64,000 nt of DNA, taken from assembly GCF_964204645.1 (NCBI RefSeq), contig NC_134028.1, positions 12,695,263 to 12,759,262 on the forward strand. Direction: 5' to 3'. Of the stretch, positions 14,099 to 27,491 are shown piece after piece. The translations under genes and the position numbers were made by a program. The notes below the pieces were generated by a model. It made no database searches and was not told where the DNA came from. It saw only the letters and a program-made list of their open reading frames with translations. Every line of letters begins with the position of its first letter. The stretch's first letter is position 1. Source of the DNA: Tubulanus polymorphus. Its lineage: Eukaryota; Animalia; Nemertea.

Positions 14099-16029
14099 GT
14101 AAGTATTATATAATCACTTTTCCTGAATATGAATATCTGACACCCATTTCTTAGCAAATTACCTTATTCTTCTGGGTCCTGCTTAACTCAATGAGTAAGT
14201 TAAGCCGCTGTCAGCCGCTTGCCGGTATTTACCGTTGCATACAGAAAGCCGCTCACCTAAGTCACAAATGTAAACACTGCCTACGTTTAAATTACACGTG
14301 ATTTTAACCAATAAGAATGCAAGTAGCAATGCGTCATAGACATTATTGATCATGGGAACTGCTGCGAACGATTTTGAATTTGGGTATTCCAGAGTGAATG
14401 AGTTATGTACGAAACGATGAAATATGTTACGAAATGTGAAACATGAAACGAAATTACCAAATGGTGACTTGTTGCAAGTAGTGCTTAAGTACGAAACTAA
14501 ATGGTCATTTCCAGCGGGACCATACTATGATCAAAGCTACTAGGCCTGCTAGGGGCAGACTATCAAAAATTTGGCGGTTCATGTAGATGATCTTTTGAAA
14601 GTTTTTAAGACTACATTCCATAACTCTGGAAGATTTAAAAAATATCCTACAATGAGTAGAAACAATTGTAAGTTGTTTTCAAAACCAAAGGATAAATATG
14701 CTGCGCCATTTCCACGATCTCCGACGCAGTAAGACATGGTGAAATGATACACATCCTACATATCGATCTTTTAAGGCTGGCTTATGTTGACCAGCAACGC
14801 AAAATTCAGAATTAGGCTTATTTCATTTTGATAAAAGAAAATAAATGTTAGGCGTGATGCTGCCTGCCACCTGTATCATCTAATATTAACATTAACAGGT
14901 GGAAAACATCGTTGGCGTAATGAAAAAAAATTTTTGATCAGTTTTTTGAGTTTGATCAGGACTGATGATTTCATTGGCGTTCTGGGGCAGGGTGAGAGGT
15001 GGTAGTGAATCAAGAGCTATTTACATACACATTGATACAAAATGAACTGCACAAGGATTCTTGCAGGGTGCAGAGCCCCTAAAATCCCTTTAAAAAACCC
15101 TCAAATTCCAAAATCCATTTTTGAGGTCATCACACACAAACCATTCACTAGATACTAAACAATGCTAAAACAAAGCTAAGTGGATCATTTCTGGTGCTAG
15201 TTGCAATTCAAATGCAATCATTTGTCTGGTGCTAGAATTAGGCCTGGGCCTGGTCCGACGTTTTTGGTCGGGCCAAATAGGCTCGGGCCCATTTGGCACC
15301 CGTGTGAACAGTTGTTCCAGGCCAAATTTGGCCAAAATGCACGTGTGATTGCAGCTAATGGTCATAAGTGAGATAAAGGCCTTGTTATCATTCCCAAGTG
15401 GCCAATACTAACTTTGTCAATTATTATGGAAGGCTTATTTGAATGCAAAGAGTCAATTAGACATATTTATCCAAGAGTTCAGAAACAGGAACCTACTTGA
15501 AGTTCGTAGGTGAGCTGAATGTCGAAGACGAAAGTTATAACAAAATGCAGAAGTCAGTAATTTTTCAAGTTGGTTGCTTAAAGACTTAAAAAACAAGCAG
15601 TCGGGATTCTTCCAAATGTATCCCATCAGGACGTGGGGGAAAATGTCTGTTCAACATTTTTAAAAAAAGCATCCTTATGGAAACCCTTGTTGAAGTTCAT
15701 CAGTCGTCAAATATGGCTGCCAGGGTAGCCATCTTGTCTTTTCTTGTTAGTACTGAAAAGCCTACAATTTCTGATTAATATTCATGTAACTCAGTGTGAG
15801 AATTGGGGCAGGCGTGTGCCCACCACTATTCAAAATAGAGCTTATCGATCATCAAAACTGCCGTCAGGACAGTCATCTTGGATTTTTTCTTAGCGCGATA
15901 CTAATTCTCGATGGATTTTCATGAAATTTAGAGAGTTGGTTTAGGTTAATGAGATGTGCGGCCCTATTGAAAATGGAAGTATCAAATATGGCCACCAGGG
16001 TAGCCATCTTGAATTTCTGCTTTCTTTGT

Positions 16030-18397
16030 ACGGGACAAACTCGTTATCCGCGAAAACCGTGACCGCGTACCGATGGACAGCCACTAGGAACCAGCGGAGG
16101 GACTTTGCGTACAATTCGTAGACCGGACTGTCCCTGTATCTCGAAGTTGTTGTTATGTTATAGAATTTGTAAATAGTGTAAATTTATGTGACAGTTATCC
16201 AAATGTAAATAGAGATATCGTTGGCTCGCATGTAAATTCTCATACGGTAGATACATACCCTGATGTAAATAGTAACAATCATGTACCTGATGTAACTCCT
16301 AACAATATCATTTCTGATGTAAATAAGCGAAATGTTAACACTTCTGATTTAAATAAGCAAAATGTAACTAGTACAGCAAACGCAGCAAACATAAGTGAAA
16401 TTCCTTGTATCAAATCATCATTAAAGTTTTCTACGCTGAATGTATGCGGCCTTATAGCTAAACTCGATATCCCAGAATTCTGTGAATTTATTAGCAATAA
16501 TGACATCACATGTCTAACTGAAACTCACTTAGATGATTTAGACGGTAATTTAGGTTGTAGCTTGCCCGCCTCCGATATGGCGCACTTTAAAAATAGGAAA
16601 AAGTTTTCAAAAAAAGGATCAGGTGGCGTTGGTATCATATATAGGAAGTTCATGAAAAATAAAAGAAAACTAATTTCGACTGACTCTCAGTTTGGATCTT
16701 GGTATTTATTAGATAAAGATTTATTTAATCGCGACAAACATGTACTTTTAGGTGTAATTTATATTCCTCCAGAAAATAGTCGTTATTATTCAGAAATAGC
16801 TATCAGAGAAATTGAAATAGAGTTATTACAATTGAAAGTTGAGTATGATTTCAATGTGTTAATTTCTGGTGACTTGATTGCTCACACCGCTTGTATGCCA
16901 GACTTTTTGGAACCTGATAATCAGATAATTCAAGATGATAACTTAGACCCTATTGTTGACTCATTGATTAATTTAGGAAAAACTAAATTTGAATCGTGAT
17001 CAGGATATTGATACTTTACTGAATTTATTCATAATACTATACGCAGATGATACTGTTATTCTTGCTGAGGATGAGAAATCTCTTCAGCTACACTTAGATA
17101 CCTTATTTGAATATTGCGCGGCTAATGGTCTCACCGTTAACTCAGAGAAAACTAAAGTACTAGTATTTGCGCCAAGTAAATCCCGGATAAAAACGATTTC
17201 GAAATTTATGTTTGGTGATCAAGAGTTAGAGGTAGTTGAAGATTATGTTTATCTCGGAGTAAAATTCAATTGGAATGGTAACTTTGCTAAGGCAAAAAAG
17301 TATCTTTACGATAAAGCTATCAGAGCTATGTTTTCGATCGTTCAAAAAGGCAGACGTTTGAAATTGCCCATAGATGTTATGTTTAAATTATTTGATACGT
17401 GTGTTGCTCCAATAGCCATGTATGGGTGTGAGATCTGGGGATACGAAAATCTTGATTTATTAGAAAATATTTATTGCTTCTTCTGTAAAATCTTAATGAA
17501 AGTGACGAAATATTCTCGCAACTTACAAGTTTTATCAGAGCTAGGACGTTACCCTTTGAATATAGATGTTAGACGCAGGATGATTAACTTTTGGGTTAAA
17601 ACAGTATCTGGAAAGCAAACCAAACTTAATTCAATACTCTATAAAATATCTTTCAATTTATTTTTAAGGGATAAATTTAAGAGCCCTTGGTTATCATATA
17701 TAAAGAAAACGTTTGATGACTGTGGTTTGTCCTGCATTTGGACGCAGCAATTCATGACTAACAGTAAATCTTTTTCAAAACGAATAAAACAGATACTCCG
17801 TGACCAGCACCTTCAAGAAACTGTATCTGCCATAAATACTAATCCGATATACACTAACTTTAGGCAATATAAAAATGATATTAGGTTAGAGAAGTATATA
17901 ATAGAACTTGGTGATGACTTAGGAACTAGTTTATTTGAATTTAGGGTCGGGTCCTATATTTTACCTGTGAACAAATTTTCAAACCTTTATTTAGACAGAG
18001 CCGATAGAATATGCCCCACTTGTAATACTTTAGGTGACTAATCCCATTTTCTGTTTGACTGTACCTTACTTAACGAACAACGCAAAAACTTTTTGAATTT
18101 GAAAACCTTAAATACCCTTGATATTCTGAAAAACCCAACGGTCAACTTAGCTAAATTCATTAAGACCGGCTTAGATGTATATAGATCCCTCCAATAGTAT
18201 ATATAGTATTGTAAATAGTTGATGTATATAATAGTATATATAGTATTGTAAATAGTTGATGTATATATATATTTCGTTACGTTTTCATTCTCTAAATTTT
18301 AATCACTTCAGTGTTGTTTTGTAAATATTTGTATATACATGTGTAATAGTTTTCCTCCATATACCATGGAAATGGTTGGAGTGTAAATAAATCGTAA
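16030..18397 (+). mobile_element. RTE-X-like LINE, copy 2; ~1.7-kb internal deletion; in RPL38 intron, sense orientation
   Basis: ORFs 16562-16999 and 16989-18041 are nearly identical to copy 1. The junction at ~16977 joins endonuclease sequence (copy 1 ~4268) to RT sequence (copy 1 ~2586). It extends further 5' than copy 1 and ends gtaaataaatcgtaa. Confidence 0.9.
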
Positions 18398-18555
18398 ATC
18401 TTCTTTAATTCTTACTAAGTGGTGGAGAGTTTTGCAGACATAGCAAGTCATCTGCCTCAGAAACATGCTCATATGACTCAAGAGTCTCCTGTTATACCAA
18501 TATGCCTAGGAATTTGTTCATTTAATTGTATGGTTGTTTGTCTGCTTGATTTCAG

Positions 18556-18678
18556 CTGTCAAAATTAAGAAGAACAAGGAAAATGTGAAATTCAAAGTTC
18601 GGTGCAGCCGTTTCTTATATACTTTAGTCATACAAGACAGAGAGAAGGCAGAGAAATTAAAGCAGTCTCTTCCGCCAG
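18556..18678 (+). CDS. RPL38: 60S ribosomal protein L38, coding exon 3
   Basis: tttcAG acceptor; encodes (S)[40 protein letters not shown]+g; GT donor at 18679. Confidence 0.98.
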
Positions 18679-19396
18679 GTAATAAAATTCTATTCTATTT
18701 AGACAATTATATACAAAGTATACCCAACATTAACGGGTCAAGTTTATCAATTGCCCTTATTAAATAGACTCAACTTGGATCCTATAAAATCGAAAAATCT
18801 GTTTAACTGGGCATATGTTGAAATTTTTTTCTACTCAAATTTTCTCACGTCGAACTAATTTTGCAATTACATGTGGCGGATCCCTTTTCGTATTAGGAGC
18901 CAATGGAGTCAATGGGCTCCTGGAGATAACTGATGGCCCAGTTCTGATTCCTTATGACACAATGTGTTTCCTTGATGAGCAATGAACTGACGATCCTACA
19001 ATACAACCACTCTATTATGACATGAAATACTTAAAAATACTTAAAAAATAGTCAAAATAATAACAATAGTAAGTATGAAAATGGGTTAACGGAATTTATC
19101 TTACATATTACCTCAATCTTGCATTGGATGACAGTTGCTATGGTGAATAAAAACTGTGATAGAACATGATGGACTGATGTAGTTGTAAAGGCCTTATTCC
19201 CTAATTACTTATAAGTGATTTTAGTGATATAGACCAAGTTTACAAATGATAGTTTCGTACTTTGAAAAAGCTATCATATGTACCCGTTTAAGTAAAAAAT
19301 TGACCTAAAAGATCAAGTGATTTTTTAGGCTGACATCAGTAGGAGTAACATTCTTAGGTACCCCACCATAAGGATTGAATGTAGAAATACGTTCTG

Positions 19397-19487
19397 CTTG
19401 CAAATGATGATCCGAATTGACACCTCTTATGGGAGTGTTTCAGAACACAATGAATAAAACTGCTTACATAAGCTATTCTGATGCAAG
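19397..19487 (+). ncRNA. Candidate intronic box C/D snoRNA
   Basis: Terminal stem CTTGCA (19397-19402) / TGCAAG (19482-19487), box C ATGATGA 19404-19410, box D CTGA 19478-19481; 91 nt, sense strand in a ribosomal protein intron. Target not identified. Confidence 0.55.
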
Positions 19488-19917
19488 TTAGTATATCGAC
19501 ATTGAAAAGATTCTGAGATTCTTTTTTGCTTGGGGTAGCTATTCAACGTTCACATAGACTCCTCTTAAAACCCTATGAAAACTGTTTATCTATTACTATG
19601 CAAATGGTTGAATAATATGGCAACTGAGCGTATATTCATACAAACTAGAGTAATACCGGTGGAAACCACGGGTGATTTCCTTTGGCCCAGAACTTCAAAC
19701 TGTTCAATTAATTTGCAATGGAATTAAGTCATGTCCATGCCCGTGGAGACCCTATGATCTCTGATGACCTGTACCCGTGGAGACCGGGAACTATCGGAGG
19801 TAAACAAAATATGTACGGTGTTGCGCGGGGCTCGAACAGCTGACCCATCAGGTGTCTTGTACAGACCTTGGATCAGCCTTATAGACAAACAAGAGATCCA
19901 CGGATCTTAATATCTTA

Positions 19918-20380
19918 AAGTCGGAAAATTTGCGTTTGCAAAGCTGGAAGATCGTATGGATTAACAAAACAACCACAATATTTAGAAAATATAGAATGTT
20001 TTGCGCATTTGAAGCCCTCGACCATCAAAATCGGCGAAGGATTTCGTGTCGAACTCAACGTTTTAAATTTCGAAATCGGCAAAAGCCGGCATCATAGCAT
20101 TTTCGGTCCAGGCGATTTAGGCCCTAATTTCGCGTTCAAAGACATAATTCACGATCTATTCATTGAGAGTTAACGGGATTAGTTTCGTTAGAAGCAGAAA
20201 GCTATTAGCTTTCATATCATGCCTGGATTATCAAAATCGGATGAGAAACGAAATAGTAAGCGACTGAAGTTGAGTAGTTTGTGAGTGTCGTTAGCCCCCT
20301 TGTTATTTTATATATACTATATACATTGGATTAACAGATTATTGTTTTACATTACATACAACTCTCATACGAGCCCTGTG
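19918..20380. repeat. Solo arm of the 5481-6685 MITE family
   Basis: Matches ~6222-6685 in the same orientation; ends gagccctgtg. Confidence 0.8.
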
Positions 20381-22194
20381 GTTGTTGGCAGGCTGGCTGG
20401 GGAACTAGCATTCACACCAGCGGCACAGGATTCCATCTATCAGGAACAACAAGGCAGTTAAACCTTATATGTACAATCTTTATTGCATCCTGGAATGAGA
20501 ATGATAATCATAACTGTACGTAGTCTTTATATACAGATTCATTAGTATAATGTGATAACTAGGTGTCAGACAAGTTGTAGACATCAGGACTCACAAACTA
20601 ACACCTAGTGACATGTTTGAGAGACATAAATTAATTAATGAGGAGCACTGACTAGAGCTAATTACTTCGAATACATATCGAGTAGTCCGACATGTTGATT
20701 ACGATAAATCACATATTGATACTATATTCATAAGTTATATTACATTATTAATACTATTATTAGGCCAGCAGTAGGCTGAGCCTATTACTATACAAATGGA
20801 GCGAATTTAAGTGACATGGTTTCCACACAAAAGGCTCTTGCTTGCCAAGTGAGGGCATATTCGAACAAATCACGTATTTAAGCGTAATCCATTCTCGGAA
20901 TCGTAGCGAGCAGAATTTTGAAATAGGCTTTCATAAAAATGTTTTCTGCATTTTTAACGAAAATAAAATCGGGAAAATTTCAATTTTTATCAGCCAATCA
21001 GGAAGTTGTGTCTTCCCTGTGATTGGTTTATCTAAAAATATCAGCAGCTGTTCACGTGAATTATCGTGATTTCATTACTGGCGCTTTTGCGCATGACGTC
21101 ATGTATCAACACGCGACAATACTTCCGCGTTCGCTACGTGTTCGCTGATTGGCCCATTTACTGGGAAATTCCACAGAAGCCTGATGTGGTTTGTTACAAG
21201 CGCTGTGATTGGCCCGACCTGATTCTGGCACGGCTTTAGCTTAGTGGGTTCGAATCCCTTGACGGGAGAAGATGATGGATCCTATCGATGCTATCAACAA
21301 ATAAGTTTCCCGGTTGGGCAGCTGCGGATATCTACCGAAAGTGTTGCGGTTCGATATTTCGAGGTTTCTTTGAATTTTGGAGTGATATTGAAATCGGGTA
21401 AACACCGGTGGTAGATTGTGGTGAAAACCCATTGCTTGATATTTGTACTACTTAATCAACGAAAAGCGTCGGGGCCGCGCCAGGAGTTTTCGCGATTCAA
21501 GTAGCTCAATAGCCTACTTCTTCGTGTTTGTCCACCTCCGCAATTTTCACTCCGCCGATCTCTGACACGGCTCTGTCGCCGTCGGCGCTGTGATTATTAC
21601 TATTATTACTATTCGTACCACCAAAATTTTTTATTTCTATATCAGGGAGGTCTGGAGAATAAAAAAGTCAAAATTTGGATATCACATAGGCCTGATTTCA
21701 TCGAATAAGTCGACCATAGTTGTTACGTTTCCGTACTAATTACCACCTAAAACCGTCTGAACAATTTTGTCACAACCAACATTTCGTTTACAGAAATCAG
21801 GTGTTCACGTGAACCCGCGGTATCGTCTATTGTTTTACTTCCGGGTTTTATTTTAAGATTTAAAATCGTATTTCAAGATCGATTTCTATGAAATCTTTAG
21901 TTGATTTGGTGTTAGGGAGGAATTTTTATTTGCTCTACAGAAAATTCATCCTTGACAATTGCGCAAGGTTCGCAAAAAATTGCTTTTCCCAAATCGAGTG
22001 TATGAACTTGATATGCTAATTAGCCATGTGCTCGAATTGCAAATTCAATCAAATTTTATTCTGCCAAAAAAAATGTTAAATCAAATTCGCTTTCCGAGAG
22101 TTAATGGTATGCTGCATGGAACAAAGTTGTTCTGAGATGGGTCTTGAAGCTATTGAGTCGAGAGATAACCATCTAGAAAGTTCGTGAGAGTTCC

Positions 22195-23016
22195 AAAGTT
22201 TTGAAGACGCTTCAAGGTAATGTCTTGATATTTGGTTTATACGTGTATCTACCCTAGAAACATCTTCAGGCCAAAAACTGGCCCTGTCAGATTCAAGATG
22301 GCCGACTGGCAGCCATTATTGTTCGCCAAAATCAGCACTTTTTACACATTTTAGAATTTTTCGAGGGAAATTTTGAAGACACTTTTATCAATAACCTTGA
22401 TCATTCGTATATATTTGTATCCCCCAAGGGCCCATCGGCATGAGAAAAATTGGGTCGATCTGACTCAAGATGGCCGTCCTGTGACCTTTTTTGTTCCCAA
22501 AAATGTTAATTTTGGACTGAATTCTGAGTCCTGTAGCTTTCAAATGGTGTGCCATTTTTCATTGCAATTTGTAATGGGTATTCTTTGGAAAAGGATCTTT
22601 TATATCCGAGAGGGTATTTTTTACCAGGCAATTATGACGCAATTGGCGGCCATCTTGGGGTCATCAGTACTCATTCGTAGGTGGAAAAAAAGTTTAGCCA
22701 CATCATTTTGATACTTAAGCATATTTTGCTACCATAATTAATTGGAAAGTTGTAGCTCATGACATGTTCTATGATTGAGGTGAGTTTCAAGCTCATTGGT
22801 TTTTGTTTATGGCCACCAGGGGGCGTTGAACAATACAATAACTTAGTATTTCTATATTACATTTGTACCTATGCATATTTTGATACCACAATCAATTGGA
22901 AAGTTGTAGCTCATGACATGGTCTATGATCTTGGTGAGTTTCAAGCTCATTGGTTTTTGTATATGGCCACCAGGGGCGTTGAACAATACAATAACTTAGT
23001 ATTTCTATATTACATT
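22195..23016 (+). repeat. Second partial copy of the HINE-like element with ~150-bp tandem units
   Basis: Aligns by eye to 8150-8950; spurious ORFs 22373-22711 and 8316-8654 are homologous. Confidence 0.7.
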
Positions 23017-23766
23017 CGCTCCTGCTGTCTGTGTTAACACACGATTGTACTATGTAAATGACATTGAGCAGGGAGTGTATATTGATAAATATAACCCACA
23101 GATTACATCATTTATAAAAAGCAAATCTGACAGGCTGGCCATTGTGCCCCTTGGGGCTCTTGTTATCATTATTAAGCATTTCATATAGTAAGAGATATGA
23201 AATATTGTGAACCATTCAATATGAAATTGTAGATATATATGATTATAGAATATGCAACTTATATCAGGGTGACAAATGTATATAGGCCTACTTACTGTTG
23301 CCGCGCGTGTGTGGCGAACGCCTTCAGATATTATACACTACTGGGTGATGATTTTTAGTGAGCATTCATCGGCGCATTTTAACTCCAATAATTCAGGGCT
23401 CGACCTGTATTGCATGAGATGCTGAATGTCAATGAATGAGCATGTGCCACATTGGAACTTGCCATTACCTTCCAAAATATAATAGCCATTCATGGGTTCA
23501 AGATCGCTCTTAAGTGCTCGGAAGACGTTTTTAATTTCTAAAATTTTCTTGAGGCGGACCCCCAAACCCCCAGAAATTGCTTCGCACTCGTGAGTGCTGA
23601 CGTCAGCTTGTTCACGTGTGTAACTCAAGAAACAAACGCAGATTTTATAGGTCGGCGTTCTCATCTCTGATTGTTGACAATTATGCCAAGTCCTGGAAAA
23701 TGACTTTTTCTCAAATCGAATGGATAACCTTGACATGCCGAATTCAATTTTACTTTATTGAACAAC

Positions 23767-24230
23767 TTAACCCCTAGGGCCTGAGCACAGTTTTATATTA
23801 TTAAAAAATTCATCCTCCCAAATAAATCATGCATGGGGTATTGTCAAACCAAAAAAAAATATAAATTATGTTGCATTTCTGCAACATCAGGCTCTAGCGG
23901 TCAATTGACACAACAAATTTTTCAAGAACCTAGTAATTATTTATTGGGTATCTAACACTTTTTCTAGTAATAACAAAAAAATCAGTCTACAAAATTCAGG
24001 TTTTACATGTGAAAGACCTTAAACAGTTCCTTTAATCATTAAAGCAAAGTCTCACGTCGCACTTTTCACGTGCTGTGTCCGTATAGCCGTCTGCGCAATT
24101 TTTACAACGCCCGCGCTTTTTCAGTTTGATAGGCCAGTGCCCATAAGGGTCCTTTTGAACATCGGAAAACGGAGCTTTTCTTATTGGTTTACTTTTGTCA
24201 GCAGTATGAGGTTGGCATTGAGCCAATTCA
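23767..24230 (-). mobile_element. piggyBac transposon 3' remnant
   Basis: ORF 24032-24226 GHWP..RGRCKNC...KCDVRLC, continuing past a stop as RNCLRSFH, is a piggyBac C-terminal cysteine-rich domain. TTAA|CCC terminus at 23767-23773 and a palindromic subterminal repeat at ~23868-23888. Confidence 0.7.
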
Positions 24231-24304
24231 TGTCAAATCGCGGTATGTTTTTTATGTGAGCATTTTTTCATTGGTTCTCGGGTTAAACGACGTATAATCG
24301 ATGC

Positions 24305-24950
24305 GATTGAAGACATGACGAACCTCCGTCGATGACATGGTCAACTCTGTTTATTAAACAGAGTTGACCATGTCATCGATGGAGAATTTAAATTAAATGC
24401 GACGAAAAACTGTTTTTGGCGGGAAAATTCTTAGCTCTTGCGTATAAAATTGCAATGACCTCGATTGGGGGGGGGGGGGGTCGTCTCTACGAGCGAATGT
24501 GATTGGCTGTTTTTGGGATATACGGGGAATTCCAGCGCTACTAAAATAATTATGGGGAAGCCATTTATGGTGAACGTTTCATTGGACTAGGTACAAATTT
24601 TATATGCTCATTGCTGGTGAGAATATAATTATTTCACATATCGCCATAGGTATTGTTTCGTTTTAATACCCGATGATTGTCTTGATTGGGATTGAAGTGA
24701 AGCGAGCGTTCACTACACAAGGCCTCCACGTGCGCGGGACGGGATTGCTAAACATTACACTGTTGCACACACAAACACACGCTCATACAGACTACTATAT
24801 GGAGATGCTGTAACGCTGCTTTGCGCGTGCACGTTTGGTATGATAACAGGCTGAATAATCATCGTAGCAGAAGATGAGCGCTGTGTTTTCTGATTGATAG
24901 AATTTGTAATGAATTGTTATTTCTTGTGACCTGAAAATACTAAGGAGCAA
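24305..24950 (+). repeat. Dispersed repeat C (second copy 46786-47692, which carries an extra block matching 21060-21266 inverted)
   Basis: Shared gattgaagacatg..cgtcgatgacatggtcaact...gtataaaattgcaatgacctcgattggggg...tcttgtgacctgaaaat. Confidence 0.7.
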
Positions 24951-26038
24951 AATATAGGTATAGGTCGAGGTCTGAATATGGTAGTGGTAAATTCCAGGAT
25001 TTAAAACGATCTAATACTACGCCCTGGTGTTTTAGCTTCCGCGGCCATACATTGGAAGAGGTTTCGTTTCCAAGACTCAATATTCAGCCACCCCTGATAT
25101 GTGACATCATATGAATTTTATTTGAATATTTTTTCATAGCGTGAAATTATTTTTAAAAAAATATAAAATTGTTTCCAATGCCGCGCCTACCTGTACCCTA
25201 CGAAATTTTGGACGTGGACCGTAAACAAATTTATATTTTTGGTCTTATTTGACTATAAAAAAATAATTCTTTGAGAAAGATAAAATACAATATAGAACTT
25301 TGAAGTTACGAATTAAAAAGATTTTTCAAGCAATGCCCTTACCCCAAACAACCTCTAGCTTTCAAGGTAAACCACACTTTGCCCATGGGCAATTTATTTA
25401 CATACTTTTACCTGAAAAATTAAACAACGAACAAAAATTAGAACAGCAGTATACTCCTCAGGGAATGGAGAATCCTCTGCGACTGGGTTCATGGTGGGAC
25501 CTGAAAGATGACCATACCCAGGCTGCGTATGGAAAAGATAAACATCTTAGTGCATGAGAGACACTTTTGTAAAGTGCTATACAAAAATTAGAACCTAGAA
25601 TTGCCATCTAAACCTGATGTTGCACATTTACAACACCAAAATATAGCAACCTACCCACAACAGTGCAGAAGAACTCATTTCAATACAAATAGGAGTTCAA
25701 CGTGTTCATAGTATTTATTTATCATACTAAAACTACTATTTTTTACTTCAACGTACCTGTAACCTTGTAAAACTTGAGTATAAAAACTTCAGTATTCATG
25801 AGATTTCCATGCTTTCACTTCCTGCTTTATTGTTCAAATACCACCCGTCAGATGTCAGCACCGATCAATGTCTTATGGTGTAGATTTCTTATGCCTTCGA
25901 TTTCTTACTGTCTGCTGTATGCAGACTGTATGAAATTGAAGGCTTGGTAGGTAGCCAACCAGACCTAGGGGAGACTGGTACTACCATTATTCAAGCATTG
26001 ACGGCAAATTTTTAACCTGAAATTTTTTTCTCTTGTAG

Positions 26039-26064
26039 GTTTGGCTGTGAAAGAACTCAAATGA
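26039..26064 (+). CDS. RPL38: 60S ribosomal protein L38, last coding exon
   Basis: tttttttctcttgtAG acceptor; (G)LAVKELK-TGA. Exon lengths 3+61+123+26=213 nt give 70 aa plus stop. Confidence 0.97.
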
Positions 26065-26108
26065 ACACCAATGAATCTGAAATTTCTCTGTAAATAGATT
26101 GAGTGGTA

Positions 26109-26114
26109 AATAAA
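26109..26114 (+). terminator. RPL38: RPL38 polyadenylation signal
   Basis: AATAAA ~45 nt after the stop codon. Confidence 0.7.
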
Positions 26115-26986
26115 TGATATTCGATGCATCAATGGAATGAATGTGCTCAGTTGGTTGTAGGACTCACTGTAGGATAGCTGCAGGATGGCTGTAGGAATAT
26201 GGCCCAAAAAGACACCTTGTTTCTCATTTACAATTTTAGGATCTCTGTTAGTCCGAATTACATTGGTTTTGTGAAGTTCGCTTGCAAAATTCAATTCTCA
26301 CATGCCTAGTTAGGTTACTGATGTTGGATCATTCATGCTTTCCCAATTACAGTCAACCTCGGTTAATCCTTATCACTAGGGACTGAGCTTTTTAGTACAG
26401 ATTAGGTCATATACGGAAAACAGATAATTTGTAATTGATACAAATTAAATATTTTCTGTTTGAACTATGATTTAAGTGCACAATCCAAAAGGTTCATAGT
26501 ATCCGATGGTTCATTAGATCCATTTGATATCATTTAAACATGGAAAGAAAACACCCCCTGGAGTGATGAAACAAGCCTACTAGTTTCAGTAGAGTAGGAC
26601 TATTTGAAGCCATTGTGTGTACTCACAGACCATATACTTGAGGGCGATTCATCTAAGGACTTTTGCTGATTGACAAATAATAGCATCTGTACTATTATTA
26701 CTACTATTATAGCACCTGTACTGTAATATTTTAGTGGTAAAATCTACATTGGAGGAGGTTCCTAGACTCAATTTTCAGCCACCCTCTGATCGGTGACATA
26801 TGAATTTTATTTTAGTATATTTTCATTGTGAAAAATATTTTTTCAAAATATGAAATAGTTTCCCTGCCTACCTGTTCCCTACGAAATTTTGGATGTGTTA
26901 CCATAAACAAATGTTTATCTTTGGTCTTATTTGACTACAAAATAATTCTTTGAGGAGGATAAATACAAAATTAACTTAAAGAACTT

Positions 26987-27491
26987 TGATCATACTTTGA
27001 TCAGCCCGGATACTGTTACAGCACAGTCGGGTATTCGTTTGCCTAAGTCCGGTTTGGTGGCCATGACGTCAATCCTGGACAATCTTACCAGGGTTGGTTC
27101 GTTTCAAGATATGGCACTTAAGGTGTTGACGGGTGAGCTTCGCGGGACTCACGCCGCCATTCATGCGGGCTCCGACCCAGAGTCAGTTGCCCTAAAACTG
27201 GAGGGAATGGACCGGATTATCCAATCTTTGGCTCGGTCTGTTTCGCATGTAATTCCGTTGTCGGTTCGGGGTCAGGCTAATCTGGTGTTAGCCTCGCGTC
27301 AGTCAGTGATGGACTCCAGTTCCAAAACTCGTCTACCGGATATGGTGTCCAATGCTTTGCTGAGAGCCCCATTGGGGACGTCTTCATGTCTCTTCTCCGG
27401 TTGGTGCGCTCCGGTTTCCGCAGAGCTGAGGAAGATTCGGGAGGTTCAGGCCAAGTCCAACCCCCGAACTACGTGGAAAAAGCGTTCTGGT
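26987..27491 (+). repeat. 505-bp duplicate of DIRS gag segment 29532-30036
   Basis: No differences seen by eye; lies between two copies of a 198-bp flank (26792-26989, 27489-27686). Confidence 0.95.

Noticed and set aside
18534-18767. 77-aa ORF as a complete gene
   Set aside because: Only 18556-18678 is an RPL38 exon; the rest is intron read-through.
18870-19003. Possible H/ACA snoRNA (hairpin, AGATAA, hairpin, ACA)
   Set aside because: The first hairpin leaves no room for a pseudouridylation pocket and lower stem before the H box; pairing is weak.
21236-21266. GGTTCGAATCC B-box motif (inverted copy near 46890)
   Set aside because: No cloverleaf; part of a dispersed repeat.
24280-24286. 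GGG|TTAA as the second piggyBac terminus
   Set aside because: The adjacent sequence does not match the TIR at 23771.
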